Of a stretch of DNA of 48,708 nucleotides, positions 8,391-15,563 are shown in pieces; the stretch's first letter is position 1, and each line of letters starts with the position of its first letter. The position numbers were made by a program, and so were the translations under genes. Source of the DNA: Candidatus Azambacteria bacterium. GTDB taxonomy: Bacteria; Patescibacteriota; Minisyncoccia; UBA10092. The notes under the pieces were generated by a model, which worked only from the letters and a program-made list of their open reading frames with translations, was not told the DNA's origin and made no database searches. The stretch spans positions 1 to 48,708 of the forward strand of contig JAUSKX010000025.1 in NCBI GenBank assembly GCA_030646675.1. Reading direction: 5' to 3'.

Positions 8391-9424
8391 AAAAGCAAAA
8401 CAAAAATAATAATATAAAGTTTTATTTTTATTTTAGCTGTATAGTGTTACTGCCCAGTATTGCTAATGCACAATTTACTTTACCAACAAATCAACTACCG
8501 AATTTGAATATGAAACCAACTCTTTCCCTGACGATTAACACCCAGGCGCCGCTTCCAAGCGCCTTTGTTTCCGCGACCGCCAACCTTTCGGGAATAACAA
8601 ATGTCAGTAATCCCAGTTTTTCCTGGTTTTTGAACGGCGTGGCGCAAAAAGGGGCGTCCGGAGTAAATAAAAACACCTTCGCTTTTCAAGTTGGTAATTT
8701 GGGCGCTGTTTACAAAATCAGCCTTAACGCGTCAACACCGAATGGCGATAATTTTTCCGATTCAATTTCTGTAACCGTCAGCGATTTTGATTTAACCTGG
8801 GATGCCAATTCCCAAGCGCCCGCTCTATATAAAGGAAAATTACTGCCGACCCAAAAGTCAGTTTTGAACATTTCGGCCTTGCCGTTTGTTTATTCGCCGG
8901 GCACCAAAACACAATTAACAAATAGTAATTTAATTTATAACTGGTACGTTGATGATAAATTTTCAGCCGGCAGTTCCGGGGCGGGTAAATCAAATTTAAT
9001 CTTAACCGTGAATGATTACGCCGGCGCCAGTAAAAACATACGGCTTGAAATTAAAACTTCCGACGGCGCGGTATCTATAAGCAAGAGCGTAGAAATTCCC
9101 ATTGTTGGGCCCCAAGTATTTATCCATTTAACTGATTCTAAAACAGGCTTTCCATATGGGGTTGCTTTGAAAAATTTGACCGTGGGGCCGATTAGTTTAA
9201 ATTTTACGGCTCAAAATTATTTTTTCAACGCGACGCCCGATAATTTGCGCTGGCAATGGCTCATAGGCGACAAAGAGGTGGACAGTGGAAGCGAAAAACC
9301 ATGGCTCGCCTCATTAAATCTCGCCAATATAGGCCCGCTGTTTACACAAATTCAAGCCATAGTTAAAAGTTCAACCAACGAGCTGGAGACTGCCGGAGCA
9401 ACAATTAATCTGGAAGTGAAATAG
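8387..9424 (+). CDS. Secreted beta-rich protein with three internal repeats (Ig/PKD-like guess)
   Basis: 345 aa with a signal peptide ending SIANAQ. Three roughly 90-100-aa repeats each open with an aromatic-x-W motif (FSWFLNG, YNWYVDD, WQWLIGD) and end in alternating beta-strand-like patterns. Confidence 0.6.
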   Translation: MKKQNKNNNIKFYFYFSCIVLLPSIANAQFTLPTNQLPNLNMKPTLSLTINTQAPLPSAFVSATANLSGITNVSNPSFSWFLNGVAQKGASGVNKNTFAFQVGNLGAVYKISLNASTPNGDNFSDSISVTVSDFDLTWDANSQAPALYKGKLLPTQKSVLNISALPFVYSPGTKTQLTNSNLIYNWYVDDKFSAGSSGAGKSNLILTVNDYAGASKNIRLEIKTSDGAVSISKSVEIPIVGPQVFIHLTDSKTGFPYGVALKNLTVGPISLNFTAQNYFFNATPDNLRWQWLIGDKEVDSGSEKPWLASLNLANIGPLFTQIQAIVKSSTNELETAGATINLEVK

Positions 9425-9435
9425 CGACACACAAC

Positions 9436-10044
9436 ATGAAACACATAACACGTAACACAAAACTGATAATATTAATGGCTATTTTGTTTTTTGTTTCATG
9501 TTTTATGTTTTATGATTCAACGGCGGCGCAAGTTCAGCTTGAAACCGGGTTGCCGAACATCCCCGGCAACCGGCTTGATGCGGGCAAGGAATTGCCCCAA
9601 TATATCAATTATCTTTTCATTTTCGGATTAGGCGCCATTACTATTCTGGCGCTGGCACAAATGATGTCCGGGGGCATCCAATATATCCTCGCCGCCGGGA
9701 ATGTTGCCCAAACCGCGGAAGCAAAAAACACCATCCAACAAGCCCTTCTCGGCTTGGGATTATTATTGGCTTCTTATCTTCTTTTAAACACTATTAATCC
9801 CGACCTGGTAAATCTAAGAAATCCCAACCTCACTCCCGCGCAATTTAAAGGAAGTACAGCTGTGCCACCCAACACGATTGGCGGCGGAGGGGAAAGTTAC
9901 CAATGGACAATAATACCAATGAATAAATACTGTAAGGATGTCTTAGGGGCAGGTTGGGTTGGAGTTGGCGGCAATCTCTGTCAACCCCCCATACCTAGCT
10001 TATCCCATGATTGTTGCGGTTATTTTCCAAACAATCCAAAATAA
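9436..10044 (+). CDS. T4SS pilin-like protein (VirB2/TrbC-type) with a Cys-rich C-terminal extension
   Basis: Long signal peptide, then TM1 (INYLFIFGLGAITILALAQMM), the loop AAGNVAQTAEAKNTIQQA, and TM2 ending LLNTINPDLV. This is the layout I associate with the CPR T4SS-pilin family. The extra 70-aa tail carries 4 Cys. Confidence 0.55.
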   Translation: MKHITRNTKLIILMAILFFVSCFMFYDSTAAQVQLETGLPNIPGNRLDAGKELPQYINYLFIFGLGAITILALAQMMSGGIQYILAAGNVAQTAEAKNTIQQALLGLGLLLASYLLLNTINPDLVNLRNPNLTPAQFKGSTAVPPNTIGGGGESYQWTIIPMNKYCKDVLGAGWVGVGGNLCQPPIPSLSHDCCGYFPNNPK

Positions 10045-10045
10045 T

Positions 10046-11026
10046 ATGTCTAAAAAGACTTTTTACATAATTTTATCAATACTGGCCGGACTTGTTATAG
10101 TCGGCGGTTTGATTTGGTATTTCTTTTTTAAGCCATCAACACCGGCGCCAACCGATAGCGCTGGATTTACTTTACCGGGCCAAGAAATAACCGCTGGATT
10201 GGAACCAATCAGCGAAGGGCCCGCTGTCTCGGCGCATTTTGTTGGCGATATTCTTTTATTCTATGATTTTTCCGGCCAACTCTGGCAATTAAACAGCGGA
10301 GAATTGAAACCATCTCTATCGGCCCAACAGACGGCCGAAAACCCTAAGCCGGGGACTAAATCAATCGCTTTTTCGCCCGACGGCAAAAAAATTGCTTATT
10401 ATATTTCTGATTTAAAAAACAATTCATTATTTATTAGCGACGCCGACGGCAAGAATCAAAAAACTTTGTTCCAAAACTTTCCATTAAGGGATATTATTTT
10501 GAGCTGGCCCAAAACAAATCAAATAGCGATTACCTCAAAACCAAGTGGTCTTGTGGCCGGGGGATTGTGGACATTTGATATTATCACTTTAAAATTAACT
10601 AAAATCCTTGATAATTTACCCGGACTGGAGGTGATTTTTTCGTCAAGTGGAGACAATTTCATCTATTCTTTTGTCGACCCAAATGGTCAAAATCCGATTT
10701 TAATGGCTTTCAAAAAAGGCGTCTCCAAAAATCAGAACATTTCAACCATGGTTGATAAATGCGCATGGGCCGGCGACTCTATAAATATATATTGCGCCGT
10801 TCCAAAATCATGGCCCGATTCGGTCGTTTTGCCGGACGATTACTATAAGAGCGCCATATCAACCATCGACGACATTTGGAAAATTAATGCCGAAACCGGC
10901 GCGAAAAATGTAATTTTTGAAAATGTGGGGGACGCATCCAACCTTGCGGCAAGTGGGGGTGAAGATAATTTGATTTTTATTCTAAAAAACAGCGGGTTTT
11001 TGTATAAGCTAAAACTAACCCCCTAA
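10046..11026 (+). CDS. Membrane-anchored TolB-like (PD40-type) beta-propeller protein
   Basis: I chose the start at ATG 10046 (MSKKTFYIILSILAGLVIVGGLIWYFF is a TM anchor) rather than the ORF-track 9959, which overlaps the pilin gene. IAFSPDGKKIAYYISD...LFISDADGKNQKTL are PD40/TolB-like blades. Confidence 0.6.
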   Translation: MSKKTFYIILSILAGLVIVGGLIWYFFFKPSTPAPTDSAGFTLPGQEITAGLEPISEGPAVSAHFVGDILLFYDFSGQLWQLNSGELKPSLSAQQTAENPKPGTKSIAFSPDGKKIAYYISDLKNNSLFISDADGKNQKTLFQNFPLRDIILSWPKTNQIAITSKPSGLVAGGLWTFDIITLKLTKILDNLPGLEVIFSSSGDNFIYSFVDPNGQNPILMAFKKGVSKNQNISTMVDKCAWAGDSINIYCAVPKSWPDSVVLPDDYYKSAISTIDDIWKINAETGAKNVIFENVGDASNLAASGGEDNLIFILKNSGFLYKLKLTP

Positions 11027-11048
11027 ATCCCCCTTATCAAGTGGGTTT

Positions 11049-11510
11049 TTATTCAACAAACTTAATCACCACGCGCCTTTGCAGGCCTTCGCCGGTACTT
11101 TCGGTTTTTATGTCCGGATGCGCCGCAAGTTCCGCGTGGATAATTCTCCTATTGTAAGCCGACATCGCCTCCAAAGTTACCGGCTGTTTATAAAACCTGG
11201 CGCGGCGAGCGGCTTTTTTGGCGAGTTCTTTTAAAGACTCCTCTTTCGAACTTCTGTAATTATTAATATCCAAGCGTAAAAAAAACGCCTCGCCCAGTTG
11301 TTTTTTTATAAGCAAGCGCAATACGGCTTCGAAAGCGCCTATATTTTTACCGCCCTCGCCAATATATAAACTGGCGTCTTGAACGGATAATGAAACGTTG
11401 AGCGAGCCGCCGGCAGTTGCTTCAATGGTTTTAATTTCAAAATCAATGATTCCGGCTTTATTGAAAAAGTCGTTAATAACATCTTTAATTTTTATTAAGT
11501 TCTCTTCCAT
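11049..11510 (-). CDS. khpB: Jag/KhpB-like RNA-binding protein (KH + R3H)
   Basis: The C-terminal R3H signature is NRRIIHAELAAHPDIKTESTGEGLQRRVVIK. It sits downstream of yidC as in the conserved rpmH-rnpA-yidC-jag cluster. Confidence 0.8.
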   Translation of the reverse strand: MEENLIKIKDVINDFFNKAGIIDFEIKTIEATAGGSLNVSLSVQDASLYIGEGGKNIGAFEAVLRLLIKKQLGEAFFLRLDINNYRSSKEESLKELAKKAARRARFYKQPVTLEAMSAYNRRIIHAELAAHPDIKTESTGEGLQRRVVIKFVE

Positions 11511-12195
11511 TGTTTTGATTGAGATATTGCTGGAGTATGGTTAAAAGTGAAACCACAATCCAATAAAGAGGGAGCGCCGCGGGCAACGACCAAAAAATCA
11601 CAATGCTCAACACCGGTCCCAAATAAAGCATTTGTTTAGCCATCGTACTGGCAAAATCAGTCGCTTTATTGGCGGCGGGAAGAGGCATAATCATTTTTGT
11701 TTGAAAATACTGTAAAACGCCCGATATAACAGCTAATACCACGCTTCTTTGGGATAAATCAAATACCCCCAAAAAAACCAACTGAAGAGAACCTGGCGCC
11801 GGAATAAAAGAATAAAGCGAACCCATGTTCAAATTGGCGCTATTTAAAAACACTTGCCACAAAGCAATAATAATTGGTATTTGAATAATTATCGGCAAAA
11901 GACCCGCGAAGGGACTGATTTTGTTTTCGGAATAAAGCGCCATTAATGCCTTGGCCTGCCCCTCCTTATCGCCCTTAAATCTTCTTTTAATCTCTTCAAT
12001 TTGAGGTTGGATTTTGTTTAAAACCTTCTGGTTTTTAATTCCTTTATTTGTGAGCGGCCAAATAATGAGTCTGATTAAAATTGTCAGAATAATAATAGAG
12101 ACGCCAAAATCATGACCGGGAACAATATTGTATAAAAAAATCAAGCCGTTAAACAACGGTTGATAAAAAAATGTGTTAAATAAATAGGAGAGCAT
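11485..12195 (-). CDS. yidC: Membrane protein insertase YidC (short form)
   Basis: 236-aa polytopic protein. YidC/Oxa1-like motifs are present (RLIIWPLT, KxQxxQPxxxEIKxRFKGD, ISPFAGLLPIIIQIPI). It has the conserved position between rnpA and jag. Confidence 0.85.
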   Translation of the reverse strand: MLSYLFNTFFYQPLFNGLIFLYNIVPGHDFGVSIIILTILIRLIIWPLTNKGIKNQKVLNKIQPQIEEIKRRFKGDKEGQAKALMALYSENKISPFAGLLPIIIQIPIIIALWQVFLNSANLNMGSLYSFIPAPGSLQLVFLGVFDLSQRSVVLAVISGVLQYFQTKMIMPLPAANKATDFASTMAKQMLYLGPVLSIVIFWSLPAALPLYWIVVSLLTILQQYLNQNNGRELNKN

Positions 12196-12520
12196 TGTTT
12201 ATTAGTATGTTCTTAAAATTATTCAAAATCGCCTGATAGGCGGATTTTTTTAGCGCCGGCTTCGGCCAAACAATAATATCGAATCCCGGTTTTATGTTTT
12301 TTAACAAAAAATGAGCCACAGCCCTAAGGCGGCGCTTGATTAAGTTTCTGGAAACGGCCTTTGGCGCGAAAGCGTTGCTGACGACAAAACCGAATCGGGA
12401 ATGTTTCTTAAAATTTTTCAAAAATCTAATCTTTATAAGGTTACTCTCCGAGGTTTTTCCGTCATTAAACACTTTCTTAAAATCCTTATCCGCTTTTAAG
12501 CAATTTATTTTAGGCAGCAT
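12176..12520 (-). CDS. rnpA: Ribonuclease P protein component
   Basis: 114-aa basic protein. The central block SRFGFVVSNAFAPKAVSRNLIKRRLR is RnpA-like. It lies directly downstream of rpmH. Confidence 0.85.
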   Translation of the reverse strand: MLPKINCLKADKDFKKVFNDGKTSESNLIKIRFLKNFKKHSRFGFVVSNAFAPKAVSRNLIKRRLRAVAHFLLKNIKPGFDIIVWPKPALKKSAYQAILNNFKNILINNALLFI

Positions 12521-12526
12521 AACAAA

Positions 12527-12661
12527 TTAAACTGATAAACGCTGTCTTTTTTTGCGGCGGCGTCTCTCAATTGTTTTTCGTCCGCCGGGACTCTTCATCC
12601 TCTTTAAAAATCCGTGCTTTTTCTTTCTTTTACCCTTCTTGGGTTTAAATGTTTTACTCAT
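12527..12661 (-). CDS. rpmH: 50S ribosomal protein L34 (below the ORF-track size cutoff)
   Basis: My hand translation of the minus strand gives MSKTFKPKKGKRKKKHGFLKRMKSPGGRKTIERRRRKKRQRLSV (44 aa). This is the classic L34 pattern (KxHGFxxRM...GRxxxxRRRxKxR), divergent from dnaA. Confidence 0.85.
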   Translation of the reverse strand: MSKTFKPKKGKRKKKHGFLKRMKSPGGRKTIERRRRKKRQRLSV

Positions 12662-12819
12662 GATGAAAATACTTTAACATAAAATCAAATATTGAGTCAA
12701 ACATTTCCTGTGTTTTATACTTTCCCACAAATAATCCACACGTTATCAACTCTTTTGCGGTGAAAATATTTTTAAAAATTAATTATATCGGTGCTATACT
12801 CGGATAGTATTATAAAAAT
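12662..12819. promoter_or_regulatory. rpmH-dnaA intergenic region with DnaA-box-like sites (upstream half of a possible bipartite origin, plus the dnaA promoter)
   Basis: TTTCCCACA, TAATCCACA and TTATCAACT are clustered at about 12721-12760, each 1-2 mismatches from TTATCCACA. TATACT at 12795-12800 is a possible -10. Confidence 0.4.
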
Positions 12820-14196
12820 ATGGAACTAGACGAACTTTGGAAGGCGGCCTTGGGAGAAATAGAACTCCAGGTTTCAAAAGCGAATTTTAAAACGTGGTTA
12901 CAAAATACCTCCATCGCCGATAAGAGGGGAGGAGTTATTACCGTGGCCGTTCCGAATAGTTTTACAAAAGAATGGTTGGAAAATAAGTATCATAAATTTA
13001 TTTTAAGGTCGCTAAGGAATCTCGAGTCGGAAATTAAAGAGGTGAACTACCAAATTAAACAAAATCCTTCGGCTGAAACCCAAAAGGGGAAACTAGCCCC
13101 CAGAGAAGATGTGTTAAAAAAACAATTGGATTTTCAGGAGTTGAATATTGATGCCGCGACCAATTTAAATCCGCATTATACATTTGATAATTTTATAGTT
13201 GGCTCTTCAAATGAACTGGCGCATGCCGCCGGTTTGGCGGTAACTAAAAATCTTGGAAGAAAATATAACCCCCTATTTATCTATGGCGGAGTAGGGCTTG
13301 GTAAAACTCATTTAATTCAAGCCATAGGAAATGCCGTAAAAAAAGAAAACCCTTCAAAAAAAATAAAATACGTCACCTCCGAAAGATTTACCTCTGAAGT
13401 AATTTCCGCGTTAAGGGCCGGCTCTTTAAGACCGACCGATATAGATGATTTCAAAAAACGATGGAGAGAAATTGATTTATTAATAATAGACGACATCCAA
13501 TTCCTGGCCGGCAAGGAAAAAACGCAGGACGAGTTTTTTCATACTTTCAACGCTCTTTATAATGCCGGCAAACAAATAATTTTATCATCAGACAGGCCGC
13601 CAAGGTCGATACAAACACTGGAAGAGCGCCTACGTTCTCGTTTCGAGGGAGGAATGATAGCCGATATTTCTTATCCGGATTTAGAAACCAGAATAGCCAT
13701 ATTAAAGGCCAAAGCGGGAGAAAAAGGAATAGAACTTTCGGATGAAGTGTTGGAATATGTGGCTCAAAACATTAAAAAAAATGTCAGAGAGCTGGAGGGC
13801 GCGTTAAATAGGCTGGTGGCCGCCAACTACCAAACAAATATGGCCGCATTGAGCGTTGCGGATGTTAAAAAGTTATTAAATTCAATTCTAAATACGCCTA
13901 AAAAGAGCACGAATATTAAAAGTATAATAAAAGCTGTCGCGGAATTTTATGATATCAGTGAAAAAGAAGTATTGGATAGGTCGCGGAAAAAGGAAATTGT
14001 TAAGCCTCGCCAAGTTATCATGTATTTATTAAGGGAAGAGTTAAAAAGTTCCTTTCCTTTTATTGGGTTTAAAATCGGAGGAAGGGACCATACAACAGCT
14101 ATCCACGCGTGTGAAAAAATAAAAAGAGAAATAGAAAAAGATTCTAATTTAAACGACGAAATAAATTTAATAAAAGAAAAACTTTATTTGATTTAG
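12820..14196 (+). CDS. dnaA: Chromosomal replication initiator DnaA
   Basis: Walker A is GGVGLGKTHL, with LLIIDDIQFL and the sensor motifs. The C-terminal DNA-binding helix region is VKPRQVIMYLLRE...IGGRDHTTAIHA. Confidence 0.95.
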   Translation: MELDELWKAALGEIELQVSKANFKTWLQNTSIADKRGGVITVAVPNSFTKEWLENKYHKFILRSLRNLESEIKEVNYQIKQNPSAETQKGKLAPREDVLKKQLDFQELNIDAATNLNPHYTFDNFIVGSSNELAHAAGLAVTKNLGRKYNPLFIYGGVGLGKTHLIQAIGNAVKKENPSKKIKYVTSERFTSEVISALRAGSLRPTDIDDFKKRWREIDLLIIDDIQFLAGKEKTQDEFFHTFNALYNAGKQIILSSDRPPRSIQTLEERLRSRFEGGMIADISYPDLETRIAILKAKAGEKGIELSDEVLEYVAQNIKKNVRELEGALNRLVAANYQTNMAALSVADVKKLLNSILNTPKKSTNIKSIIKAVAEFYDISEKEVLDRSRKKEIVKPRQVIMYLLREELKSSFPFIGFKIGGRDHTTAIHACEKIKREIEKDSNLNDEINLIKEKLYLI

Positions 14197-14432
14197 TTGT
14201 GGAAAAACATCTCATTAGCCGGTGCATTACTGGTTATTAAAGTCTTCAAAACAACTGATTAAAAAGTTAATCGATTAGATACCAAAAAGTTCTCAAACCT
14301 TTATCAACAATATTATCAACAATTTAATTCAAAAATAACGGCTCAACTTAGTGATAAAAAAGATATTTCCACAATTTTCACAACCACTAATAATAAAAAG
14401 TTTTATATTAATATAAATAAATTATAATTATA
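14197..14432. other. Candidate oriC: DnaA-box cluster plus an AT-rich unwinding element between dnaA and dnaN
   Basis: The boxes are TGTGGAAAA (14198-14206), TTATCAACA twice (14301-14309 and 14313-14321), ATTTCCACA (14365-14373) and ATTTTCACA (14374-14382). A nearly pure A/T stretch follows at about 14388-14432. Confidence 0.6.
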
Positions 14433-15563
14433 ATGAACATCACATGCACTCAGGAAAACTTAAAAGAAAGTTTGGACCACGCTTTAAGAATTGTTAAACA
14501 AAATTCTACTTTGCCGATTTTAAATAATTTTTTGCTATCCACCGATAAAGGGAGGCTTAAAATTTCTTCAACAGATTTGGAGATTGGATTCACTTCTTGG
14601 ATATCTTCAAAGGTTTTGAAAGACGGAAGCATCACTATTCCTGCCCAGCTCTTAAGTCAGTTTATTGGTAATCTTCCCAAGAAGAATATTAATTTGGAAG
14701 TAAAAGACCAAAAACTACACATAGTTTGCGACAATATTAAAGCGTCTATCAGTGGTTTGAATTCCGATGATTTTCCAATTATTCCCAAAGTTAAAGACAC
14801 TTTTAATTTGGTTGTAAATTCAAAAGTATTGAAAGAATCTCTAAGTGATGTGGTTAATTCCGCGGCGCTTTCAAGCGCCAGACCGGAAATATCAAGCGTT
14901 TATTTAAGGGTTGAGCCGGATTGTATAAAATTCATATCAACCGACGGTTTTCGCTTGGCGCATAAAACATTATTACTGTCTTCGGAATATCTTAAAGATA
15001 AAATAAGGGTTGATTTTTCAAAATCTCAAAACATTATTATTCCGCTAAGAACGGTTGGGGAGGTTTTGAGGATTTTGGGTGACAAAAATACCGAAATTCA
15101 AATAAATGTAGACCAAAATCAAATTTTATTTAATTTTGGAGAAATACATTTGATTTCCAGGTTGATAGAGGGGAATTATCCGGATTATGAGGCCATTATT
15201 CCTAAATCATCTGAAACAAGGTGTTTTGTTTCCAAGAATGGATTAGAGGAGGCGGTGAGATTATCCGGGTGCTTTTCATCGAGATTGAACGACATAATAT
15301 TAAAAACAATAAGCGCTCAATCTTGTCTTGAGGTTTTTTCCAACAATAATGAAATCGGCAACCATAAAACCAATATTGATTCTGAAATTAAAGGAGAAGA
15401 TGTTAGTATAACATTTAACTGGCGATATTTTTTGGATGGATTGAAAAATATTCGCGGCGATGAAATTATTTTGGAATTTAACGGAGACCAAAAACCGGCG
15501 GTTGTAAAACCGGCGCGGGGCATTGATTTCTTTTATATCCTAATGCCGATAAAAAACGTTTAA
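14433..15563 (+). CDS. dnaN: DNA polymerase III beta sliding clamp
   Basis: 376 aa immediately after dnaA, with three-domain beta-clamp periodicity. Typical segments are LPILNNFLL, TDLEIG, TDGFRLA and the C-terminal PIKN tail. Confidence 0.93.
   Translation: MNITCTQENLKESLDHALRIVKQNSTLPILNNFLLSTDKGRLKISSTDLEIGFTSWISSKVLKDGSITIPAQLLSQFIGNLPKKNINLEVKDQKLHIVCDNIKASISGLNSDDFPIIPKVKDTFNLVVNSKVLKESLSDVVNSAALSSARPEISSVYLRVEPDCIKFISTDGFRLAHKTLLLSSEYLKDKIRVDFSKSQNIIIPLRTVGEVLRILGDKNTEIQINVDQNQILFNFGEIHLISRLIEGNYPDYEAIIPKSSETRCFVSKNGLEEAVRLSGCFSSRLNDIILKTISAQSCLEVFSNNNEIGNHKTNIDSEIKGEDVSITFNWRYFLDGLKNIRGDEIILEFNGDQKPAVVKPARGIDFFYILMPIKNV

Noticed and set aside
546-11026. Interpreting the T4SS-like array as a prophage, ICE or plasmid insertion.
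   Set aside because: No integrase, relaxase, replication or partition module, att repeats or tRNA border flank it in the window, and its composition looks like the neighbours. I kept it as a chromosomal system, pending whole-genome checks.
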